Source of the DNA: Mytilus edulis
Lineage: Eukaryota
Direction of reading: 5' to 3'
NCBI RefSeq assembly: GCF_963676685.1
Contig: NC_092349.1
Coordinates: 69,130,001-69,194,000, forward strand
Length of the DNA: 64,000 bases
Of the stretch, positions 37,193-47,694 are shown piece by piece. Position 1 is the first letter of the stretch. Every line of letters begins with the position of its first letter. The translations under genes were made by a program, and so were the position numbers. Below the pieces are notes generated by a model, which was not told where the DNA came from, ran no database searches, and saw only the letters and a program-made list of their open reading frames with translations.

Positions 37193-40100
37193 AAGTACAG
37201 ATTCTGGGTACTGACGTTGTAGAATGTGTTATAGTATTATTGTATTTGTCTAGTATACAGTTATTACATTAACTGATTAGTCTTTTTTGATGATATTTAT
37301 TTGACGTGGATCTGTTCTTATAAATACCGTCAGTGTTTTACTGTTTTATAATAACTTTTGTATTATTGTCTTTCATTTTTGCTAATATGCTTTGTTTATA
37401 TGTCTTTTTGCGTTTCATTGTTCTATATGAACTATCTCTGTACTGTATACAGCTTGGATTTAAAAAACAAATGTTGCAAATATCCATTTATCTAGCTCCG
37501 CGTCGCTATGTAAACTCATTTTGCGACGGTAAAGTTTAAGTTTTTAAAGGCGAAGCTTAGAATACAACACTATTATCTCCTTTGTCTGAAAATGAAGCAA
37601 ACAATATCAAAATGACTTTGCCAAAAAATAAATTGAAAACAAATCCAAATAGAAATCATAAAAATGATCACGTTGTCAATTATAGTACAAATGCATTGAT
37701 TTTACCGTAAGTTTTGAATAAAACATACAATGTTATTAAAACAGATACACAATACGTAACACATATACACATAGATCTAATTACAATTTTAATGTATGTC
37801 ATGTTACTCTTTGGAATGTATATAATAAAGTAAGACCTGATTCATAAATATGAGGTCATAATTTGCCATAATGTTAATGACGATATCACCAATATTTCAA
37901 CTTATGAATTTGCATTTCCCTTTTGGTATCGTTCGCCCTTCTTCCGGTTCCGGATTATTTCATACCTTAGTAGCTTACCTTATCGAAAGAACCATTCATT
38001 GTGGTTATTGTCGATCTTCAGTCATCTGATAATGTATTTTGCTTAAAAAAACGACTATTAATGCACATCATTCCTGCAAAATTTTGCTCAAATATCGACA
38101 AACTTGTATTAAAAAATGTGAAAATTTGATATTTTATAAGGTCTAATCAATGTTAGAGAGCCAAGCCGGCGGAGGTTCCAATGCATCAATTACTATAAAT
38201 TGGAGAGGGTTTTTGCAATGCAGTAACTAAGGAGAAAACATGAAAAAAGCAATAAGAGAATTACCGCTAGTGTTTTTAATTTGCCTGACCGGGAAATCAA
38301 ATCTGGCAAGTTTGGTTCAGTGTTATCCAGGTTTTTCTGTGGCAAATATGATTTTTGTTAATGTAATTTCAATTCGATCAAATACGGTATGTGTAACGTT
38401 CCAGATAATGAAATTTATCAAACAAACCTATAAGAGTAAAGGATTCGAAAAAGAGTTCTACATATAAATTATGATCAGATAAACGCTTCTTTATGAACTT
38501 TATATAAACAAGAATATGTGGTATCATGAGACAACTATCCACTTCAGACCAAATGACACAGAAATTGATAATAACAGGTCACCGTATGGCCTTCAACACT
38601 GAGCACAGTTCATACTGTATAGTCAGTTTTAAAGGCCCAGATATGACAAATGTAAAACAATTCAAACGAGAAACCTACCGGCCTAATTTATGTACAAAAT
38701 AATGAACGAGAAACAAATATGTAACACTGCAACAAACGGCAACTACTAAATTACAGGTTCATGTCTTAGGACAGACACATACAGAATATGGCGAAATTTT
38801 CTTATTGCGGATGACCAACCCTCACCACAATTCTGTAATAGTGCTATAAAATTTAGTTGAGAAATGCTTAACTCATCAGATGGATACAAATTGAATACAT
38901 CTATCAAAAGCATAAAGTAGACTTTGACAGGTACTTGTACATTCCAACAACAAAAAGACACTCTCAGTTACTGACAGTTAGTTCAAAGCCAGTAACAAAT
39001 AATAAAAACATTATGCATCTAACAAGACTTACTATACGACATGTTAACAAAAACATCCACAACAGGAGGAAACGCACTATAAGAAACATGTTGTACACCT
39101 ATGGACTTGTTTAATATTAATAATACTTATGTGAACATGATCTTTTTTTGTGTTTGCTTTATAATTGTGTGTATGCTTTTTCTACTTGTGTGATTTTTTC
39201 TGCTCTTGTTTTTCTTAAAAGCATACTATAAGGCTATATATACATCTAAATAAAATTTGGAAACGCCTACTACTTTTTAAATGAATGTTTAAGTTGAATA
39301 TGGGACACACTTACTTTTAAATTGTTTTGATTCATAAACAATTATGTCTCTTACATATATATATTATTTTAACTTCATATTTTCTATGGACTTGCATAAG
39401 GTGACGTCATAATTGTGCCACATTATTATTTTAACAGTTAATAACATTTTAGATGGCATGAAGTTATGGATAGAGGGCGTTCTTTGACAACCGACAACGG
39501 CTTGCGGAATGCTTCATGCAGGTCTGTCAGCACATGTTGTTAAATACCCCAATCACCATTTCAAGAAGGTCCGAAAAAAAAGTTCCACGTTGCCCCTTAA
39601 CCAGACGTCATAAAAGGTTGGGTTTGGAGTGGTGCAGATGATTTTCCATGAAAAGCACATCAGAGAGGAAACGTTTTCTTCTCAGATGAATATAGATTTA
39701 ATCTTAAGTTTAATAATGGTCTATCCGTGTTTATCTTGGTCTTACACTTCACCAATGTGACCTCATGTCCATTTGGCACCGGGTTTACGATAATTGGGGC
39801 AGGTGTTAGATTCGAAAGAATAATCCAACTGTATGTGGTGAATTGTAATTTGATTGCACAAACGTAAATCAATGAGGATTTGGGACCGCATATCTTACCA
39901 TTTTGAAAAATTGCCCAAAAGAAATTTAACTTGATCTTGCTGCATGTCCGATAAATAAAGGCAACAGTAGTATACCGCTGTTCAAAACTCATAAATCTAT
40001 GGACAAAAAACACAATCGGGGTAACAAACTTAAACTAAGGGAAACGCATTAAATATTAGAGGAGAACAACGACACAACATTAAAATGTAACACACACAGC

Positions 40101-40548
40101 AACGGACTAAACATTAGACAAAATCCGATGAGAATAACCAATATAACATCAAAACCAAATACAGGAATTTGGGATAGAAAAGTGACACGCCTTATAGTAA
40201 TGTGAATTCACACTCAAATATAGGAGAAAATAAACGACACAACGGAAACACAACGTAAAAATGTTACAGCAGGAGAAATGTAGTAGTAAGAGCAAAGATT
40301 GGTGCGTTTAGAGTCAGAATAAAGTTTCAAGGTAAAGTGAAATAGCTTCCTGTTAACTTTTCACATTTAAAGTAGCACTTTAAACATACTATTCAGTATG
40401 TCGGTATACTTCAATGCAGTATTGCTATTAATTTTATATTATAAAAAGATGCTTACGTCCTGAATATGTATATATATATTTGCCCCTTAACATCAGGCAG
40501 CCATCCATTGTCATTATCTTCAGAAATTAAAAAAATAGCAAGGATTTC

Positions 40549-40755
40549 TCCGCCTCATATTTGGACTTATACCTCGAATTTGACAATAACAGTTATCTCA
40601 GTACCAGGATCTAAGGGATTAGACTTTTGAAATTATAAATTTCCCCTACCTTATCAGCAATATATCAACTTGACCTGCATATGGGATATGGATTTCCCAA
40701 CGTATGCGGTATTCAAGAGCTTGCACATGCTACTTGAACTTTATCAAAGGTCACC
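40549..40755 (+). pseudogene. Penelope-like element reverse transcriptase relic (stops and frameshift)
   Basis: SASYLDLYLEFDNNSYLSTRI* then FEIINFPYLISNIST*PAYGIWISQRMRYSRAC. This matches the PLE RT pattern SASYLDL...LYDKRDDFNF.IVNFP.L.SNIP..PAYGVYISQLIRY.RAC. A more decayed echo follows at ~40785-40880. Confidence 0.8.
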
Positions 40756-41594
40756 TGTACGACTCTTATTTAACATAAGTAGGTATCTCAGGAACAGAAT
40801 CTAAAATAATTTGAATTTTTAAATTGTTAATCCCCCTCACCTAAGCAGCAATGTATCTACGTTGATTGAATATGGGATACAAAAAGAACTTGCTAATACA
40901 AGCTAGAAATCTGCTAAGAATTTTAGCGTTTATTCTTTCTTGTGTTGCCGGAGTAAACAATCTTGCATCATATTATTAGCGTCAATTGAAACAACAAAAA
41001 ATGTAATGCAAACAAATGTAGAAGAATGAAACAATTACTTCATTCCTTTACATGCACAATTTAACAAACGTATGGACACAGTGGAATAACAGCAGTAAAT
41101 AATTTTTAATTTTGTATCCTTTTCCATGCGGTTATTTCATGTTTTTATTGAAATTTTGCATATCTTTTGATTCTTTTTTCGAAATTGATTACTTACTTGG
41201 CTATTCCATTAATTTTGAAAAGTAAAGATTCTTTTTATGTACTGATGTACATATAATACATTGTGGTATGATTTCCAATAAGTCAAATCTCCGCCAATAA
41301 CAAATGACATAGAAGTTTACAATTTGTGGAAGTTGTCTCATTTGCAATCATTACACATCTTCTTTTCTACATATGTCACTACGCGGCCTTCAACAATAAG
41401 CAAAGCGTACAGAATATTTGAGATAAAGTATGTTCCGAAAGCCATAATCACTTTTTCAAGATATGAGTTTCGCCAAACTTTTAGAACTTGTTGAGATTAA
41501 ACTTATTCTGAGACATATACTTTAATATTTCAATTGACCTTGTAGCATTATGTCCTTCTTGTATGATCTTTATGATTTAATAAATCTAGATTAT

Positions 41595-41857
41595 ATAAAA
41601 AAGAAGATGTGGTATGATTGCCAATGAGACAACTATCCACAAAAGACCAAAATGACACAGAAATTAACATCTATAGGTCACCGTACGGCCTTCAACAATG
41701 AGCAAAGCCCATACCACATAGTCAGCTATAAAAGGCCCCGATAAGACAATGTAAAACAATTCAAACGAGAAAACTAACGGCCTTATTTATGTAACAAAAG
41801 TGAACGAGAAACAAATATGTAACACATAAACAAACGACAACCACTGAAATACAGGTT
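41595..41857. repeat. Dispersed repeat family A (copies also at ~22410-22480, ~38505-38790, ~45975-46070 reverse, ~52743-52915, ~54615-54785 reverse, ~59980-60090, ~63570-63680)
   Basis: Shared start aagaagatgtggtatgattgccaatgagacaact...ataggtcaccgtacggccttcaacaatgagc. Boundaries approximate. Confidence 0.8.
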
Positions 41858-43168
41858 CATCGGACACAGGAAATTGATAAAAGCTTGGTTTCATCTTACA
41901 CCATCTAACGATGATTACGTTATAGTAAAGATTCACATACCTATAAAACCCTTTAAAAATGAAGTTTTATATTTAAAGGAGGCCTGGTCGATCCATTCTT
42001 CAAGTTGGTATACACTTTTTCTAATTCTTCCCTGTCTCATATTTTCCCTACCAGTTAATTATTTTTTCAACAACGTGATCTCAGTTCTTTTTCATGTTTA
42101 TTGGTCGAAATCCAATTATGATTGTTTATTTCTTTCAAAATGCTACTGTGACGTCATAACCGATGACGATATATGCCAGTGTTCATGCAATATAATTCTT
42201 TTTGTTCAAAATCAAAAAGCTTGGCAATCTTAGCGTTGAAAATTTGACTATTTCGAATGAAGGCATTACGTATCACACTTTATGAAATGGTAAATTCTGT
42301 CTCTGTATTTTTCATGGGAAGAACAAAAATTCTCTGTCACAAATTAGAAGATTTCAAACTGTTGTACTGTGATAATTTATGTGAATGTATTGCCGTTTAC
42401 AACTCAAATATTTTCATAATTTTCAAAATTAAAAATAGATCGTTATCGCATTATGAAATTTGGACATTTTTAAATTTTGTGATTTCCTTTAGATATAAAG
42501 ATTCAACCCACATTGACGATAATCGACTAGATATACCTGTATCAGTCTATTATATGTTGGTCAACAAGATCGAGTAAACTGTAAGTTATTTATATGGGCA
42601 TGAAATTTCTGATCACAATTTAACATTTAACGTTACTCTATTCTAATTGTTGTCACAAAATTTATTTTTTTTAATTTCGATTTTTTAATTACAAATACCA
42701 AAGGCAACATAATGGTTTGATCAGAATGATATTATTTTAATATATAGACATAGGTGTGCAAAACAAACCCGATATATCAAATAAAAAACTTGATTTTCTT
42801 TTGAGAGAACCATGGTTTATAATGAAAAAATATATATGTATATGTACGACTCTCAATCACGATGATACTCCGAACTGGAAAGGAAACGCTAAGTTTCAAT
42901 GATTGGACGTTAAAATTGGTTTTGGATCACGCCGAAGGGCAATTGTGGCAATGTGACGCTATGTCCTTGGTCCTCAATGCTCTCCAACTTCGTACTTTAT
43001 TTGACCTTTTTAACATTTAACATCGATCGTGACTGATGAGTCTTTGTAAATAAAACGAGCGTCTGGAGTAAATATAAAATTTCAATCTTGGTATTTATGA
43101 TCAGTTTATTTATCAAACTGCAGTGCGTTGGTGGTTATGTCGTCGTGCAAAGGATTACATAAACCTTA

Positions 43169-43450
43169 TTATTGTATATCAATATAATATTTCCCACAGA
43201 AAGTAACCAAAAGTTCAACGTGCAATAAATTCAAATATTGCACTAGCGCAATAAATCTTCAAAATTCATGACGTCATCAACGACAAAATCTTAGTTTAAA
43301 CCAATTTTCACTTTCAAATATTATATTGCTATACAATAAACGGGTTATTGCATGAATATTGTCCCTCGTAGAACATATATTGCACTCGCAAGCTCGTGCA
43401 ATATAAAATTCTACTCGGGACAATATTCCCCAATATTCATGCAATAACCC
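43169..43450. mobile_element. Non-autonomous element: 24-bp IR pair plus ~110-bp hairpin
   Basis: ttattgtatatcaatataatattt (43169-92) is inverted to aaatattatattgctatacaataa (43316-39). Hairpin gggttattgcatgaatatt..tattgcac(tcgcaagctc)gtgcaata..aatattcatgcaataaccc (43342-43450). Confidence 0.75.
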
Positions 43451-44501
43451 TATATTATCAATGATTTGCATGATCAGATGTTGGTGAAGAAGTCTATGTG
43501 TTCTTTTAAGAAGCATCTCAAGTTTTAAAGTTTTTTTTTATAAAAAGTCGAAATTTTCAAGAAAAATTAGAACAGATTGATTTCTCCTTATGACACTGTA
43601 AGGAGAGACATACGTGAAATGAATAAATTGTTCTATTTCATATACTGCAAACGCAGTTTAAAAAGATGTAAAATAAGAAATAATAATCAGTCAAAAACAG
43701 CATGGGTGACATAAAATTACATTCCTCTTGATTTTATTATCGAAAAAATATTATGAAAATATCAAATATATGTGTAATGCTTTAGTCTTCCTTCTACAAT
43801 ACCAATTTGTTAACCAATACAAAATCAATAATAAACTTATTCATATATTAAACATTAAAAATACAGTGTTTGTCGTATATAAATCGTCCGGGACCTTGGA
43901 TAAGAATATAGGAAATTTTCAATAAAAATAGATCTCTTTCACCTTACAACCTGACCCATTTATATATACGTTTGTGTATTTCAAACTTTATCATTTAATC
44001 TAAATATATCATAATATTGGGGATATGCCGAATATATCATGTATATGGTACAGACATTTATCTATAATATAATTTTCTGTAAAAGTGAAATAAATAGTCT
44101 TCATTATTATTTTTCTTGATTACAAATGCATCTTATTTATTTTTTGAGGTTTAATATTGTGTTTTTATATTTGTAATTGGAAATAACAAATAAGTTTTAC
44201 CATTCTACCAATCACCTGAAGTACAAACGAAAGCAAAAAATAATAAAGCATATACAACAACATATAATAAACAAATATGTTTCACCCATATGCTTTAAAA
44301 AGTGATAATAATATTATTTATCTAATTGTATATTTGAACTTATTTCGTTCAGGAATAGCCACAGGTTCGAATGATTAATAGCGGTAAACTGAAGACTTCA
44401 TGTAGGAATTTCGAAGTGAAATAAGACATCAAATGTTCATAAGCTGTCTTGTTGTTATCAACCATACATGATTGTTATCAGCCATGCATGTTACATACGA
44501 T

Positions 44502-44539
44502 TGATTTTTTAACTCTGTATGCGTACATTGCCTATAAAA

Positions 44540-44570
<31 letters not shown>

Positions 44571-45230
44571 TTTGTATGCACTTTGAACAACAAATTTATG
44601 TGACGTATATAATTTTTCTAACGTCAGACACTCAAATCAATCCATGTGTTCTTAGACTGTAGATGTTATTGTGTCCTGTTAAATTGTTCCCTTTAAAAAG
44701 TTTTGGATTCTCATATATTCTATGTATAATTTTTGGACTAGTTTGAATCTCGGTCTATTTCTGTAATTTATTCTTACATACTTTTGATTTTTTAACCCTG
44801 TATGCGTACATTGCCTATGTAAATTTTAAAATTGTTTGTATGCACATTGAACGACAAATTTATGTGACGTGTATAATTTTTCTGACGTCGGACACTCAAG
44901 TAGATCCATGTGTTCGTGGATAGGTTTTTGTGTCCTGTTAAATTGTTCCTTTTAAAAGTTTTGGATTCTCATAAATTCTATGTATAACTTTTGGACTAGT
45001 TCGATTTCTGTAATTTATTCTTACATACTTTTGATTTTTTAACCCTGTCTGCGCTCATTGCCTATGTAAAATTTAAAATTGTTTATAATCCAGGTACTTT
45101 TGATAACTATTGTATGCACATTGAACGACAAATTTATGTGACGTATATAATTTTTCTGACGTCAGACACTCAAATCAATCCATGTGTTCGTAGATAGTAG
45201 ATGTTGTTGTGTCCTGTTAAATTGTTATAC
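44502..45230. repeat. Tandem repeat of a ~250-280-bp unit (~2.7 copies) running into a family B element
   Basis: Units restart at tgattttttaac(t/c)ctgt(a/c)tgcg near 44502, 44784 and 45031. Confidence 0.85.
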
Positions 45231-46217
45231 GATGATGACTGATGTTCCCATATTTTGACTATTTTATTGATTGTGACTGTTTATTTAACGCATCATGTAA
45301 ATGTAACGGAATTTGATGAGACTGTTATTAAAGTGAGAGGGTTAGCGCTATAGAACCAGGTTTAATCCACCATTTTCTACATTTGAAAATGCCTGTACCA
45401 AGTCAGGAATATGACAGTTCTTGTCCATTCGTTTTTGATGCGTTTTGTTTTTTGATTTTGCCATGTGATTATGGACTTTCCAAATTGATTTTCCTCTGAG
45501 TTCAGTATTTTTGTGATTTTACTTTTTGTTTATATCTAAAACAAACTAATGTCACCATTCAAACTGTGAAAATAACGACCTGGACTTAAGCTTTTGGCAT
45601 ATTCATTTTACATTTATTGTTAAGTTTTATAACCTGCAGATTGAATTGTTACCAATATTTCTAGATACGGAGGGCGAAGATGATTGGTTGATATCAGTCG
45701 ATATGTGTACTTAATCAGCAAACATCAGTTTGAATATTTTTACATTTGTCATTTCGGAGATTTTTCATCATAAATTTATTTCATAGAAGAACAAATATAA
45801 TGAGAATGTAGATTATATATTATAATTATTTTTTTTGATAACAAAACGGTATGATAAAATAACACAATATAATGCATTGCCAGTACTGCTACAAATGATA
45901 TTGAAAATTAATGATAAAACAGTTTGTATACGTCTGATATAATGGTTATGTTGACCAAATAAACAGAACCTTGTATTTCAGTGGTTGTCGTTTGCTTAAG
46001 TGTTACATATTTGTTTTTCGTTCATTTTTTAAATGTTAATAAGGCCATTTGTTTTCTCGTTTGAATTATTTTTATCGACATAAAAGTATTATTGTATACT
46101 CAAATTGTTATGGATAGATAAACAATATAAACTGCATGTGTTTTTTATAAATATAATTATTATTTGTTTTGCAGTTCTACTGTTAATAAAAACAAAATAC
46201 AAAATAAAAAAGATAAT

Positions 46218-46250
46218 ATGGGAGGATGTATTTCCAAGAACAACTATATG
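46218..46250 (+). CDS. Probable first coding exon of the cGLR gene (MGGCISKNNYM)
   Basis: Strong acceptor tatttgttttgcag| at 46174. The ATG is in good context (aatATGG). Donor ATG|gtataa at 46251 is phase 0, matching the phase-0 acceptor at 47694. The peptide fits M-G-x-x-x-S-K. Confidence 0.65.
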
Positions 46251-46922
46251 GTATAATATGATAATTATATACATCTATAGATGCATCATATAGTTCCGAT
46301 ATAATTTATTTCTTAAACGCAAGTTTCGTAATCGTTAGAGCCTATGCTTGTGTTTTAGATCACTAACAAATGAAATAAAAAGATTTTTTAGTTCATACAA
46401 TTAGTTTGAATATGAGCATGAATAGTATTTTACAACCTGTTAAGTTCAATAAAATCATCATCTTCATCAACCATGAAAACTCATATGATAGACGTGTATG
46501 TTTGTATAGCACACAAACAATTTCTGATCAGCACTTTATATTGAATAGTATGAAAAAAAACTTTCAAATTTCAGACAGCGACTCCGACTGATCACATTAC
46601 GGACTAGTGAGACGTACATGAACATACGCCAGAAACAAGCCTTTTTTGTTTTGTTTTCCTCAATTACATTACTTGAAGTACAGAAAAAAACATATCCAAG
46701 CGTAAATTCGAGGAGAATTACGTTATTTTATCATACATGTTCATTTATTAAAGTAGACAAAATTAACAATTTAATTATATATAAATTAAAATGTAATTAC
46801 ACAATCTCATCTCAACGCATTTTTACAGTCAATGATTGCAAAATATATTTTATAGTCATGGGAAAATTGTATTACAATTGTAGAAATATTTTACCTCTTT
46901 TGTCTTTAAACTATTTTGATCT

Positions 46923-46967
46923 GAGCGTCACTGATGAGTCGTAGGAAGACGAAACGGGCGTATGGCG
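46923..46967 (+). ncRNA. Minimal type I hammerhead ribozyme, sense strand inside the predicted cGLR intron
   Basis: cgtca-CTGATGA-gtc(gtaggaa)gac-GAAA-c(gggc)g-TA^-tggcg. Core intact, GUA triplet. Confidence 0.72.
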
Positions 46968-47450
46968 AATTAAATTATAAGCCTGGTACCTTTGATGACT
47001 ATAGTAATTACAAATGCAGGCATTACCATAGAAATATAATCTAAGCTTACAAGTCAAGAATGTTTCATCTTTATTTACCTAATTTTACCTGGGCAATTGT
47101 GTATCAAACAATTCAAAAGTGACTATCTGTTTTCCGTGAGATATACACGTGCTATTTGTTTTTCAAATTGACATTATTACAATACATGTGTACATTTCAA
47201 TAGGCAATTAACTACTTCGGATTAAAGAACTGATATTAGAAAGCAGGATCAAAAAATAGGAACGCTAGATGCACATTTCGTCAACAATGATTCATCAAAG
47301 ACGCTTGAATTCAAAACGTTAGAAAGGCCAACATAAAAGGAAGTTTACGTTGTACACTGAATAAAATTGTAATCATGACAATATCAATGGTTATTCATGT
47401 CAACATAGAAGTGCTGACTTCTTTGCCTTGCTTTCCCCTTATTATCACAT

Positions 47451-47592
47451 CTGGACTTGAAATCATAAAACTTTACTCAATGCTTAGAGCACAGAAATCA
47501 TGCTTGCAATATGAAATCCAACATTTTGATTGGTTGATTTTGGAGTATGAGAACAAAAAACTGAATCTAAAGTTTTATGACTTGAAGGCCTG
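47451..47592. mobile_element. Short MITE with ~24-bp imperfect TIRs in the cGLR intron
   Basis: ctggacttgaaatcataaaacttt versus reverse complement of the right end, caggccttcaagtcataaaacttt. Confidence 0.6.
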
Positions 47593-47694
47593 AACTGCCA
47601 TATGGTTATTGGCATCGCAGTAAGTACCCTTTTATCAACTGACGAATAAGATATTTATAAATAGCCTTTGTTTATAAGTCTTATTATTTTAAAG

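Noticed and set aside
38150-39950. Protein-like stretches at ~38150-38490 (+) and ~39450-39950 (-); similar ones at ~2750-3800, ~13100-13350 and ~14500-14750
   Set aside because: Multiple stops in all frames and no motif I can identify. They cannot be supported without BLASTX.
41874-42577. Two adjacent 106-119-aa ORFs
   Set aside because: No recognisable protein. The region starts ttaa|aggagg with CCAAT/TGACGTCA motifs like a Kolobok-type non-autonomous end, but I found no matching second terminus.
42877-42887. GGAAAGGAAAC Ets/IRF-like site as a cGLR promoter element
   Set aside because: Single short match in AT-rich DNA, with the TSS unknown.
46575-46615. Possible extra cGLR exon after tttcag (acagcgactccgactgatcac...)
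   Set aside because: Phase-0 reading hits TAG, and the nearby gtgaga donor gives a phase incompatible with the 47694 acceptor.
47668-47694. TTG start given by the ORF track for the cGLR
   Set aside because: Eukaryotic locus; these bases form the polypyrimidine tract and AG acceptor.
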